Assembly: GCA_963815215.1 (NCBI GenBank)
Contig: CAWFFU010000003.1
Location: forward strand, 544,001 to 608,000
DNA length: 64,000 nt
Reading direction: 5' to 3'
Origin: an uncultured Trueperaceae bacterium
GTDB taxonomy: Bacteria; Deinococcota; Deinococci; Deinococcales; Trueperaceae
This document shows positions 52,500-62,284 of the stretch, piece after piece. How positions within the stretch are numbered: the stretch's first letter is position 1; every line of letters begins with the position of its first letter. The notes under the pieces are model-generated. The model was not told where the DNA came from. It saw only the letters and a program-made list of their open reading frames with translations, and did no database searches. Made by a program: the position numbers and the translations under genes.

Positions 52500-54008
52500 C
52501 TAGGTTCCGGGTCTGGCGCCCCCATCACGATCGTTCACCGAACGGTCACGGGAGGGCGCCGGTGGCAGGTCGAAACGGAAGCGGCTGCCCTCCCCGAGCC
52601 GGCTGTCGACCGTCAGCGTTCCGCCGTGCAGCTCCGCGACCCGCGCCGCGATGGCCAGCCCGAGGCCGGTGCCGCCGTCGCCGCGCGAACCGCCGCCGAC
52701 CCGATAGAAGCGCTCGAACACGCGTTGCTGATGCTCCGATGCGATGCCCTCACCGGTGTCGCTCACCTCCACCACCACGCGGCCGCGCTCATCCGGACGC
52801 ATGCTCACCCTCACCGCGCCCCCGGCCGGTGTGTGCCGCAACGCGTTGTCGAGCAGGTTGAGCAACGTCCGTTCGATGAGGCCGAGGTCACCATGCACGA
52901 ACGGCAGGCTTCCCGGCGCCTCGACGCTCAACGTCACGCCCGCCGCCTCGGCGCGCGCGCGCTCCTTGATCACCGCGTCGGAGACGAGCTCCGCCAGCGG
53001 GAAGTCCTCGGCCTGCAGCGGCGACGAATCGCCGTCGAGCAGCGACAGCTCGAAGAGCTGGTCGATCAGCCGGCCCAACCGCTCCGATTGCGCCTGGGCG
53101 GTGGTCAGGAACTCGGCGCGCGCGTCGTCGTTCAGGCTGTCGCCCTTCAGCAGCAGCGTCTCGAGCGATCCCCGCAGCGCGGCCAGCGGTGTGCGAAGGT
53201 CGTGCGACACGTTGGTGACCAGCTCCCGGCGCACCCGGTCGGCGCGCCGCAGGGCGTCCACCTGCTGACCGATGCGCTCTGTGAGGGCCACGAAGTCGTT
53301 GCGCAGGGCGTCGATCTCGTCGCGAGGGCCTGCCACGGGCGTCAGCAGCGCTGCGCCCGCGTCCCCGCCGGCACTGCGAAAGGCGGTCATGGCGCGTTGC
53401 AGGCGCCGCAGCCTTCGCGTCAGCAGGAAGAACGACAGCGCGCCGCCGAGCAGCACCAGTGCCAGGATCGTGACGCTGCCGTAGAGAGCCACGCGCAGGG
53501 CGGTGCTGCCCTGGACCTCGCGCATGATGCCGGCCCGCAACTCGTCGGTGAGCACGACGTAGAGGTAGCCTCCGCCGCCGGCGAGCGGTGCGGCGGAGAA
53601 CACCGTCCGGTCACCCCGCCTGGGATCGGTGCCGAGTAGCGGGAAGTGCTGCCCGCCCCGCACGAACGCCTGCACCTGCGCTAATGCCACCACCTCCCGG
53701 CTCCGCTGATCGGCCGGGATACTCCCCGCCAGGACGCGCCCGGAAGGGTCGAGCACGTACACCTCGACGCCGGGGTTGGTCATCGCCAGGTTCTTCGCCA
53801 CCTCCGCCAGCTTCTGCCGGTCGACGTCGTGGCCGATCATCAGGTCGTGCTGCGACACCAGATTGGCCGCCACGCCCGCGTTCTGTCGCTGCGTCACCTC
53901 CTGGTAGTAGGCGCGGGCGCTACGGGTGGTGAGCACCAGCAGCGCCGCGCCGGCCGGTATCAGCGTCAGCGCCAGCACCAGCATCAGGCGGGCGTGGAGC
54001 GTTCTCAC
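52500..54008 (-). CDS. HAMP-domain sensor histidine kinase
   Basis: Two TMs around an extracytoplasmic domain; 'NVSHDLRTPL', 'NLLDNALRH', 'DTGEGI', 'GTGLGLAI'. Confidence 0.95.
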   Translation of the reverse strand: MRTLHARLMLVLALTLIPAGAALLVLTTRSARAYYQEVTQRQNAGVAANLVSQHDLMIGHDVDRQKLAEVAKNLAMTNPGVEVYVLDPSGRVLAGSIPADQRSREVVALAQVQAFVRGGQHFPLLGTDPRRGDRTVFSAAPLAGGGGYLYVVLTDELRAGIMREVQGSTALRVALYGSVTILALVLLGGALSFFLLTRRLRRLQRAMTAFRSAGGDAGAALLTPVAGPRDEIDALRNDFVALTERIGQQVDALRRADRVRRELVTNVSHDLRTPLAALRGSLETLLLKGDSLNDDARAEFLTTAQAQSERLGRLIDQLFELSLLDGDSSPLQAEDFPLAELVSDAVIKERARAEAAGVTLSVEAPGSLPFVHGDLGLIERTLLNLLDNALRHTPAGGAVRVSMRPDERGRVVVEVSDTGEGIASEHQQRVFERFYRVGGGSRGDGGTGLGLAIAARVAELHGGTLTVDSRLGEGSRFRFDLPPAPSRDRSVNDRDGGARPGT

Positions 54009-54015
54009 GCGGCCG

Positions 54016-54720
54016 TCACGCTTCAGGCCCGACGAACTTGTAGCCCACGCCCCACACGGTGTGGATATAGCGCGGCTGGGCGGGATCGGGCTCGATCTTG
54101 CCCCGCAGGCGGTTGATGTGCGAGTTGACGGTGTGCTCGAAGCCGTCGAACCCGTGCCCCCACACCAGGTCGAGCAGCTGTGCGCGACTGTAGACGCGGC
54201 CCGGGTTGCGGGCGAACTGCGCCAGCAGGTCGAACTCGCGCGCAGTGAGGTGGACGGTCTCCCCCGCCAGCCGCACTTCGCGCGCGCGGGCGTCGATCTC
54301 GAGCTCGCCCACGCGGACGTTCTCCGGCGCGCGCTCCGCCTTCAGAGCGTCGCGCTTGCGGCGCAGCAGCGCCTTGATGCGGGCCTGCAACTCGCGTACG
54401 CCGAACGGCTTGCCCAGGTAATCGTCGGCCCCGAGCTCCAGCCCCACCACCCTATCGAGCTCCGAAGAACGCGCGGTGAGCATCAGGATCAGGACCTCGG
54501 GGCGCTTCGAGCGCAGCGACCGGCACACCTCCAGCCCGTCGAGATCGGGCAGCATCAGGTCCAGCACCACCAGCGCGAAACGGCCCGACAGGGCCAGCTC
54601 GAGCCCCTCCTCGCCCGAAGGCGTCCACACCACCTCGTGACCCAGATCGGTGGCGTGGAGCTCGACGACACGCGCGATATCGCGGTCGTCCTCGACGAGC
54701 AGCAGTCGTTCGCCAGCCAT
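54016..54720 (-). CDS. OmpR/PhoB-family response regulator
   Basis: 'LLVEDD', 'LDLMLP', 'GADDYLGKPF', 'TVNSHINRLRGK', 'TVWGVGY'. Confidence 0.96.
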   Translation of the reverse strand: MAGERLLLVEDDRDIARVVELHATDLGHEVVWTPSGEEGLELALSGRFALVVLDLMLPDLDGLEVCRSLRSKRPEVLILMLTARSSELDRVVGLELGADDYLGKPFGVRELQARIKALLRRKRDALKAERAPENVRVGELEIDARAREVRLAGETVHLTAREFDLLAQFARNPGRVYSRAQLLDLVWGHGFDGFEHTVNSHINRLRGKIEPDPAQPRYIHTVWGVGYKFVGPEA

Positions 54721-54805
54721 GCTGCGTCCAGTGTGGCACGCGTCTGTCACGGTTGCATAACGGCCGTGACCGACCGCGGGCGGCGACCGAAGGTACACTC
54801 GCGGC

Positions 54806-55228
54806 ATGGACGGCCTGTTCAACCTTTTCGTGCTCGCCCCCCTGCTGCTGTGGGGAGCGATGCTGCTGTTCCCACGTCGGCGCTTCACCATCACTGCGGT
54901 GCAGTCGCCCTGGCCCTTCGTGGGTCTCGGCGCCCTGGCGCTGGCGCCCCTGGTCGGAGCCCTGCTCGCCAGCGGCGTCCCGAGCCTCACGCTCCACGAC
55001 GCCAAGGGCCTGCTGGGCACCGACTGGGGGGCGCTTCTGGCGGTCGCCGATCTCGCCACCTTGTCGCTCTTCGCCGGCGTGTGGATCTTCCGGGACGCCC
55101 GCTACTGGTCGCTCGCGGCAGCACCGTTCGTGGTGGCCACCTGGCTACTCGGTCCGGTGGGCCTCGCCGCCTACCTGCTGGTGCGCTGGCGCAAGAACCG
55201 CCAGGCGCCCACGCGCGTCGTCAACTGA
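54806..55228 (+). CDS. Small multi-pass membrane protein (ABA4/DUF4281-like)
   Basis: Four hydrophobic segments; 'LLWGAMLLFPR', 'LFAGVWIFRD', 'LGPVGLAAYL'; TACACT lies 6 nt before the ATG. Confidence 0.75.
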   Translation: MDGLFNLFVLAPLLLWGAMLLFPRRRFTITAVQSPWPFVGLGALALAPLVGALLASGVPSLTLHDAKGLLGTDWGALLAVADLATLSLFAGVWIFRDARYWSLAAAPFVVATWLLGPVGLAAYLLVRWRKNRQAPTRVVN

Positions 55229-55240
55229 GCGCAGCGGACC

Positions 55241-56401
55241 TCACAGCATGCCGGTGAGCGTCTGGTCGGCGGCCGCCGGCAGTGCGGTGGCGCCCTCGAA
55301 GGCGTTCACTTCCTCGATGAAGCGCTGGAACAGGTAGTTGGCGTCGTGCGGCCCGGGGCTCGCCTCGGGATGGTATTGGACGCTGAACACCGGATAGCGC
55401 TGGTGCGCCATCCCCTCCAGCGTGCCGTCGTTGAGGTTGATGTGGGTGGCGACGAACTGGCGCCCCGGGATGGAGTCGATGTCGACAGCGTAGTTGTGGT
55501 TCTGGCTGGTGATCTCGACCGCGCCGGTGACGACGTTCTTGACCGGCGTGTTGGCTCCGTGATGACCGTAACGCAATTTGAAGGTGCGCCCGCCCACGGC
55601 CAGCCCCAGGAGTTGATGCCCAAGGCAGATGCCGTAGGTCGGCAGCAGCCCGAGGAGCTGCCACACGGTGTCGTGCGCGTACTTCGGGCCGCCGGGGTCG
55701 CCGGGTCCGTTGGAAAGCACCAGCCCGTAGGGATCGAGCGCCATGATCTGGGCCGGGGTCGTCTGCGCCGGCACCACGATCACCTCGGCCCCCGCCTGCT
55801 CGAGCTTGTACACGATGGAGTGCTTGATGCCGAAGTCCATCACCACCACCCGGGGGTGATCGTTGAACGATGGCCGGGCGTAGGGCAGCGGCGTGGTGAC
55901 CTCGGGCGTCATGTCGCGCCCATCGATGTCGGGGTGCAGGCGTGCTATCGAGATCAGCTCGGCTTCGATCGCCTCGTCGACCGCGCCGTGGTGGATGACC
56001 CCCTTCACCACCCCTCCCGTGCGCAGCCGACGCGTCAGGGCACGGGTATCGATCCCCTCGATGCCCACGATGCGGTGCTGCTCCATGAAGCTCTGCAGGT
56101 CCTGATTGGCTCGGTGGTTGGAGGCGGTGCGACTGAACTCGCGCACGATGAACCCCTGCGCGTACGGGCGGTTCGACTCCATGTCGTAGACGCTGACGCC
56201 GTAGTTGCCGATGTGCGGATACGTCATGGTGACGATCTGCCCCTTGTAGCTCGGGTCGGTCAGGATCTCCTGATACCCCGTCATCGAGGTGTTGAAGACC
56301 ACCTCGCCGACCGAGCGACCGGGGAAGCCGAAGGCGTAGCCGTAGTAGACAGTTCCGTCTTCCAGGGCCAGGACGGCGGGGGGCTTGGTGAACAGCGGCA
56401 T
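55241..56401 (-). CDS. carA: Carbamoyl-phosphate synthase small chain
   Basis: '[14 protein letters not shown]', 'LSNGPGDP', 'GICLGHQ', '[12 protein letters not shown]'. Confidence 0.98.
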   Translation of the reverse strand: MPLFTKPPAVLALEDGTVYYGYAFGFPGRSVGEVVFNTSMTGYQEILTDPSYKGQIVTMTYPHIGNYGVSVYDMESNRPYAQGFIVREFSRTASNHRANQDLQSFMEQHRIVGIEGIDTRALTRRLRTGGVVKGVIHHGAVDEAIEAELISIARLHPDIDGRDMTPEVTTPLPYARPSFNDHPRVVVMDFGIKHSIVYKLEQAGAEVIVVPAQTTPAQIMALDPYGLVLSNGPGDPGGPKYAHDTVWQLLGLLPTYGICLGHQLLGLAVGGRTFKLRYGHHGANTPVKNVVTGAVEITSQNHNYAVDIDSIPGRQFVATHINLNDGTLEGMAHQRYPVFSVQYHPEASPGPHDANYLFQRFIEEVNAFEGATALPAAADQTLTGML

Positions 56402-56519
56402 CGCTCCTCCGGGCGCAGGATAGCACCCGCGACCGCGACCCGCCCAACCCGCGGCCTACCCTCCCATACGGGCGTTCGCGAACGCGGCTGCTACGCTGTT
56501 CACAGAGAGTAGGGGGACC

Positions 56520-58757
56520 ATGCCCGAAGACGCAACCAGCAACCTCGGAGACGGCCTCGTCATCCAGATGTTCAGCGTTCACGGCTTGATCCGTGGCCAC
56601 GACCTGGAGCTGGGTCACGATTCCGACACGGGCGGCCAGACGAAGTACGTGGTGGAGCTCGCGCGTGCGCTGGGCCGCCACGAGGGCGTGAGACAGGTCG
56701 ACCTGTTCACCCGACTCATCGACGATCCGCGCGTGTCGGAAGACTACGGTCGCGAGGTCGAGGAGCTGAGCGAGAACGCCCGCCTGGTGCGGGTCAAGGC
56801 CGGCGGGTCCCGCTACCGCCGCAAGGAGCTGCTGTGGCCGTTGCTCGATGAGTTCGTCGAGGGCGTGCTGCGGTTCAACCGCCGGAACGGCATCCGACCG
56901 GACATCGTGCACGGGCACTACGCCGACGCGGGCTACGTAGCGTTGCAGCTCGCCAGCGTGCTGGGGGTGCCGCTGGTGTTCACCGGACACTCGCTGGGGC
57001 GCAACAAACTGCGCGCCCTCCAGGCCTCCGGCGTGGACGTCGAGGAGATCGACCGGCAGTACCAGATCCGGCACCGCATCGATGTCGAGGAGGAGGTGCT
57101 GGCCAAGGCGGATCTGGTCGTCGCCAGCACCCGCCACGAGGTGGACCACGGGTACGAGCTCTACGACGCCAGCAGCGAGGCGAACTACCGTGTGATCCCG
57201 CCGGGCATCGAGGTCGAGACCTTCTACCCCTTCTACTACGATCTCGACGAAGGTTTCGATCCCGGGGAGGACGTGGTGCGCGCCCGGGTCCGCATGCGGC
57301 AGGAGATCGCGCGCTTCCTCTACGACGCCAACAAGCCGCTCATCCTGGCCATCAGCCGGCCCGACCGGCGCAAGAACATCGACGGCCTGCTCACCGCCTA
57401 CGGGGAGGACAAGGAGCTACAGCAGATCGCCAACCTGGCGGTGTTCGCCGGCGTGCGCCGGGACATCGAGCAGATGGACGACAACGAGCAGGAGGTCCTC
57501 ACCCGGATGCTGCTGCTGATGGACCGCTACGACCTCTACGGACGCCTGGCGCTACCCAAGAAGCACGACCCCGACACCGACATCCCGGTGCTCTACCGCA
57601 TCGCCGCAGCGAGGCGGGGCGTGTTCATCAACCCCGCCCTGGTCGAGAACTTCGGCATCACGCTGATCGAGGCGAGCTCGTCGGGGCTGCCGGTGGTCTC
57701 CACCGACCACGGCGGTCCTCAGGACATCATCGCCAACTGCGGGAGCGGCATCCTGGTCGATGCACGCGACGCCGGAGCCATCCAGGATGCGTTGAAGCGC
57801 GTGCTCGTCGACCACGAGGAGTGGGACCGGTTCTCGGAGAATGGGATCGCGGGGGTGCGCGAGCACTACGCATGGGGGGCCCACGCCGACACCTATGTGC
57901 GAGAAGTGACGGCGCTGCACGACGGGCTCGACGAGCTCAGGCGCGCGTCCTGGCGGACCGGTGCGGGCGAGCACCTGCGCGCCGGTCGGCGCCTGCTGGT
58001 CAGCGACATCGACCATACCCTCATCGACGAGGACCGGGGTGACGACGTCGAGGGACTCGAGCATCTGCAGCGCGCGCTCGCGAGCACCGACATGGCGTTC
58101 GCGGTGGCGTCGGGCCGCAACCTCGAGCAGGTCCGCGAGGCGCTCGAGACCCACGCCATCCCGACCCCCGACGTCCTCATCTGCGCGGTCGGGAGCGAGA
58201 TCTACTATGGCGCCGAAGCGGTGCCCGACCGCGGCTACGCCCACTACCTGTCGCACGGCTGGAAGCCGGAGGCGGTCCGGCGGACGCTCGACGCGCTGCC
58301 GTTCGTGGAACGGCAGCCGGAGCACGCCCAACGCGCCTTCAAGGTGAGCTACTTCCTCTCAGCAGAGGGCGACGAGGGCGAGCGACGTGTCGAGCAGGTG
58401 CGCGACGCCCTGGTGGAGGCGGGCGTACAGGCGACCGTGATCCACTCCAGCGGCGCCTACCTCGACGTGCTGCCCTCGCGTGCGTCCAAGGGGAAGGCCA
58501 TCCGTTACCTGGCGCGCAAGTGGGGCGTGGCGAACCGCGACATCGCGGTGGCCGGCGACTCGGGCAACGACACCGAGATGCTGACCGGCCGCCATCTTGC
58601 CATCGTGGTCGGCAACCACGCGCCGGAGATGGCATCGCTCGAGGGTCGGCGCGGGATCTACTTCGCTGAGCGTGAGCTCGCGGCCGGCGTGCTGGAGGGC
58701 CTCGAGCACCACGGATTCGTCACGCCGGTCGCGCCGGGCGCGAGGCAGCACCCATGA
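56520..58757 (+). CDS. Sucrose-phosphate synthase (GT4) fused to a HAD-IIB phosphatase (SPP-like) domain
   Basis: 'SVHGLIRG..ELGHDSDTGGQTKYVVEL', 'HGHYADAG', 'TGHSLG', 'RPDRRKN'; C-terminal 'SDIDHTL', 'KVSY', 'GDSGND'. Confidence 0.9.
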   Translation: MPEDATSNLGDGLVIQMFSVHGLIRGHDLELGHDSDTGGQTKYVVELARALGRHEGVRQVDLFTRLIDDPRVSEDYGREVEELSENARLVRVKAGGSRYRRKELLWPLLDEFVEGVLRFNRRNGIRPDIVHGHYADAGYVALQLASVLGVPLVFTGHSLGRNKLRALQASGVDVEEIDRQYQIRHRIDVEEEVLAKADLVVASTRHEVDHGYELYDASSEANYRVIPPGIEVETFYPFYYDLDEGFDPGEDVVRARVRMRQEIARFLYDANKPLILAISRPDRRKNIDGLLTAYGEDKELQQIANLAVFAGVRRDIEQMDDNEQEVLTRMLLLMDRYDLYGRLALPKKHDPDTDIPVLYRIAAARRGVFINPALVENFGITLIEASSSGLPVVSTDHGGPQDIIANCGSGILVDARDAGAIQDALKRVLVDHEEWDRFSENGIAGVREHYAWGAHADTYVREVTALHDGLDELRRASWRTGAGEHLRAGRRLLVSDIDHTLIDEDRGDDVEGLEHLQRALASTDMAFAVASGRNLEQVREALETHAIPTPDVLICAVGSEIYYGAEAVPDRGYAHYLSHGWKPEAVRRTLDALPFVERQPEHAQRAFKVSYFLSAEGDEGERRVEQVRDALVEAGVQATVIHSSGAYLDVLPSRASKGKAIRYLARKWGVANRDIAVAGDSGNDTEMLTGRHLAIVVGNHAPEMASLEGRRGIYFAERELAAGVLEGLEHHGFVTPVAPGARQHP

Positions 58758-58780
58758 GCCACCGCGAGAGGGGCTGAGCC

Positions 58781-60286
58781 GTGTACGCCGGCTTCGGCTT
58801 CCGTATCAGCGAGATCGGTGACGTGGAGGTGGTCCGCTCCGACGGGCTGTACCACCTGTTCCACCTGGTGCTCCCCAACCACGACTACATCGCGCACGCG
58901 ATCTCACACGACGGGCTGTCCTGGGAACGGGTGGACAACGCCCTGTTCATCAGCGACCCCGGCGCCTGGGACGACGACATGTTGTGGACGATGAGCGTCT
59001 CCCCCGACCCGCATCGTGACGGCGGCTGGCGCATGTTCTACACCGGCCTCAGCATGGCCGATCGCGGCCGGGTGCAGCGTATCGGCCTGGCACGCTCCGA
59101 CGACCTCTTCACCTGGGAGAAGGATGCGACCGGAGCCTTCCCGCTGGAGCTCGGAGCCGCACCCTACGAACACAGCCTCGAGCAGGGACGGCACTGGGTC
59201 AGCTTCAGGGACCCCTACTACGCGCGCATCGACGGCACCGGCTACCTGCTGGCGGCTGCCCGGGTGGACCACGGCCCGGTCATCCGGCGCGGGGCGGTGG
59301 CGCTGTTCGAGGAGGCCGCGCCGGACCGCTTCGAACCGCGGCAACCGCTGTTCCATCCCAGCCGCTACGACGACATCGAGGTGCCCGTGCCGGTTCAACT
59401 CGACGGCCGCTGCTACCTGCTCGGCTCGATCCGGGAGGACGTCAAGGTCCACTACTGGTATGCCGACGCCTTCGAGGGGCCCTACCTCAACTTCTCGGAC
59501 AACGTGCTGCTCCCCCAGGGCAACTACGCCGCGCGCTTGTGCCGAGACGACGGCCGTTGGCTCGTGTGGAACTTCTTCTTCAAGGGGCACGTGGCCGACG
59601 GTCAGCATCTGCTCCCACCGCCCAAGGAGCTGCGCGCCGCGCCCAACGGAGAGCTCTATCTGGCGAGCTTCTCGGGCTTCGACGCGCGCGTGCGCGCCAC
59701 GCTGCCGGCGGCCGAGCTGATACCGCTGGAACCGCTGTTCGGCCGCGCATCGGCCACCAGCGAGGCGGCGTCCGGCGTGGCGCGCTTCGGCTGCGACAGC
59801 GGCTTCGAGACTTTCCTGGTGCCGGGCGTGCACCGCGACTTCCGGTTGCGCGGCGAGCTGCACATGGACGGCAGCGGCAAGATCGGCCTGGCGCTGCGTC
59901 TGAGCGACGACGGGGACGGCTACTATCTCAGTCTCGACCTGCACAAGGGGATCGCCCAGCTCCGTGCCTGGGCGGCGCATCCGGGGGGCGACGTCGAGGA
60001 GGCCTTCGACTACATCCCGCTGCAGTCGAACTACTACATCGCGCACGGCGACCCGCACCCGTTCGTCCTTCTCGCCTACGGCTCCTACCTGGAGTTCTCG
60101 CTCGACGGCGCGGTGCTCCTGACGCTGGCGGACGAGCGCTTCGGCGAGGGGCGGGTCGGCTTCTACACCGAGAGCGCCCGCCTGCGCCTGCACGACCTCA
60201 CGCTGGAGACCCTCGAGCGCCCGGATGACGAGGCCTACACCAGCCATCTGCCCGACGGCGGCGGGGCCCCCGGCGCCGACGGCTGA
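58781..60286 (+). CDS. GH32-like five-bladed beta-propeller glycoside hydrolase (putative beta-fructofuranosidase)
   Basis: 'IGDVEV..YHLFHL', 'HAISHDG..W', 'SFRDP', 'IEVP' and a C-terminal beta-sandwich-like region; lies directly after the SPS gene. Confidence 0.8.
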   Translation: MYAGFGFRISEIGDVEVVRSDGLYHLFHLVLPNHDYIAHAISHDGLSWERVDNALFISDPGAWDDDMLWTMSVSPDPHRDGGWRMFYTGLSMADRGRVQRIGLARSDDLFTWEKDATGAFPLELGAAPYEHSLEQGRHWVSFRDPYYARIDGTGYLLAAARVDHGPVIRRGAVALFEEAAPDRFEPRQPLFHPSRYDDIEVPVPVQLDGRCYLLGSIREDVKVHYWYADAFEGPYLNFSDNVLLPQGNYAARLCRDDGRWLVWNFFFKGHVADGQHLLPPPKELRAAPNGELYLASFSGFDARVRATLPAAELIPLEPLFGRASATSEAASGVARFGCDSGFETFLVPGVHRDFRLRGELHMDGSGKIGLALRLSDDGDGYYLSLDLHKGIAQLRAWAAHPGGDVEEAFDYIPLQSNYYIAHGDPHPFVLLAYGSYLEFSLDGAVLLTLADERFGEGRVGFYTESARLRLHDLTLETLERPDDEAYTSHLPDGGGAPGADG

Positions 60287-60304
60287 GGGCACAGCACCGA
60301 CACC

Positions 60305-61284
60305 TCAGAGCGCCCCGAACGACCGCCTTCGTGCCACCGTATGGGGCGGCACGACCGCTCCGGGCTCCACCGTGCAATCGTCCAGCACGGCGTAGGCGCC
60401 CACGCGGGCGCCATCGCCAACGCGGGTGGAGCCTCGCAGCAGCACGCCGGGCTCGAGCACCACATCCGGCGCCAGCACCACCGTCTCGTCGAGGACCGTC
60501 GACTCAGGCGCCTGCATCGTCACGCCCGCCTCCAGCCAACGCTCGCGCGTGCGGCGCCGAAGCAGGGCCTCGGCCCGCGCCAGTTCGGCGCGCGTGTTGA
60601 CCCCGATCAGCTCGCGCATGGCGTCGTGACCGCGGTGCGCATGCAGCCCGCGTCCGCTGCGGCGGTAGAGCTCGATCATGTCGGTCAGGTAGTACTCGCC
60701 GGCGGCGTTGTCCGCGCTCAGGCCGCCCGCCACCTCGAACGCCGCGTCGTCGAACACGATGGCGCCGGGGTACACCTCGTGGATCGCCCGCTCCTCCACG
60801 GTGGCGTCCCTCTCCTCCACCACCCTCAGCACGCTGCCGTCCGGCGCACGCACCACGCGCCCCAACCCGAAAGGGTCGCTGACCTCATAGGTGAGCATCA
60901 CGGCCCCCGCCTGCCTGCGCTGCTCCTCCACCAGCCCTCGAGCGTGGACGCCTGCACCATGGGCTGGTCGCCGTAGAGCACCAGCAGCGCGCCCCGCACA
61001 CCCGCCAATGCCTCCCGTGCGCATAACAGGGCGTGGCCGGTGCCGCGCTGCTCGGCCTGCTCCACGAAGCTGACGTCGGCGTCGGCGAAGCGCTCCCGTA
61101 CCGCCCTTGCACCGTGCCCGACCACGACCACCAGCCGCTCAGGGCGGAGCGCGGCGGCCGCGGCCAGCACGTGCCCGAGCAGCGGCTTCCCCGCCGCCTC
61201 GTGCAGCACCTTGGGCAGCGAGGAGCGCATGCGCGTGCCCTGCCCGGCGGCGAGCACCACCACACTCAGCACCGGTTCCGCCAC
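60305..61284 (-). pseudogene. glmU: GlmU-like uridylyltransferase with short LbH tail, frameshifted near 60935 (pseudogene or sequence error)
   Basis: '[18 protein letters not shown]', 'EQRGTGHA', 'LYGD' are in one frame; 'GRVVR', 'VEERDAT', 'NAAGEYYLTD', 'GVNTRAELA' are in another. Confidence 0.75.
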
Positions 61285-61286
61285 CT

Positions 61287-62192
61287 TCAACGCCCCGCGG
61301 TGGCGGCCGATCGGCCGCGGCGCTCCCGGTCGCGGATCCTGAGCAGCATCACGACCGCCACGGCCACGATGAGCACACTCACCAACTGGGTGAGGGTGAA
61401 GAAACCGATCCCCGTCTGTACGTTGTCGTAGACCTTCAAGTACAGCGGGTTGTCGCGGAACGGCTCCTCGAGCAGACTCCGCAGCACCGAGTACCACAGC
61501 GCGAACTGCCAGAACGCGAAGCCCGGCGCGCGGCTGCGCCGGAGCGCCCACAGCACGATGAACAGCAGGATGAACCCGACCAGGAAGCCGTAGAACTGGG
61601 CGAAGTGGATATGGCAGGGCTGACCGGCCGGCACCGCCCGGCAGGCCGGGGGCGCGTACTGCCACAGGTCCTTGCCGAACAGGAAGCGGCCGAAGGCTCC
61701 CAGGAACGGGGTGCCGGGCTTGGGCCAATCGATGCCGATGGCGAGGTTCGTCAAGCGGCCGCCGGTGTCGGTGCCGTTCATGATGTTGCCGATCCGACCG
61801 CCCATGATCCCCAGCGCACCGAGCGGCGTGAGCACGTCCATGTACGACCACATGTTGATGCGCTGCACGCGGGCGAAGACGGCCATCGCCACCAGCACTC
61901 CGAGGATGCCGCCGTGGATGCTGATGCCCCCCTGCCACACCTTGAACGCGTCGAGCGGGTGCCCCCCGGGACCGAAGAACGCAGCCGGGCTGGTCACGAC
62001 GTACACCAGGCGCGCCCCGATGATGCCGGCGAGGACCAGCCATACCGCGGAGTCGAGCAGCTTGTCGGGGTCGAGGCCGCGTCGCTCGGCCAGCCTCAGG
62101 GCCCACAGCGCTCCGATCAGCACGGCCAGCGCGATGAGGAAGCCGTACCAGCGGATCGCCAACGGCCCGATGTGAACGAGAATCGGATCCAT
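61287..62192 (-). CDS. lgt: Prolipoprotein diacylglyceryl transferase
   Basis: 'IRWYG', 'GARLVYV', 'GGISIHGG', 'GRIGN', 'LEEPFR'. Confidence 0.95.
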   Translation of the reverse strand: MDPILVHIGPLAIRWYGFLIALAVLIGALWALRLAERRGLDPDKLLDSAVWLVLAGIIGARLVYVVTSPAAFFGPGGHPLDAFKVWQGGISIHGGILGVLVAMAVFARVQRINMWSYMDVLTPLGALGIMGGRIGNIMNGTDTGGRLTNLAIGIDWPKPGTPFLGAFGRFLFGKDLWQYAPPACRAVPAGQPCHIHFAQFYGFLVGFILLFIVLWALRRSRAPGFAFWQFALWYSVLRSLLEEPFRDNPLYLKVYDNVQTGIGFFTLTQLVSVLIVAVAVVMLLRIRDRERRGRSAATAGR

Positions 62193-62284
62193 GCAGTCGT
62201 CCTCCCAGGAGCGCCGAACGCGCCCGCCTACGCTTCAGGACGCGAGCTTACCAGCCCGCGCCGGCGCCCCCCGCGGGGCACGCC

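Noticed and set aside
60920..60945. Programmed ribosomal frameshift in glmU
   Set aside because: No X-XXY-YYZ slippery heptamer is present at the junction; a single-base deletion or sequencing error is simpler.
60898..62106. 402-aa ORF suggesting an lgt-glmU fusion
   Set aside because: Its first ~275 codons are an alternative frame over lgt; only the portion from 61284 downward is GlmU-like.
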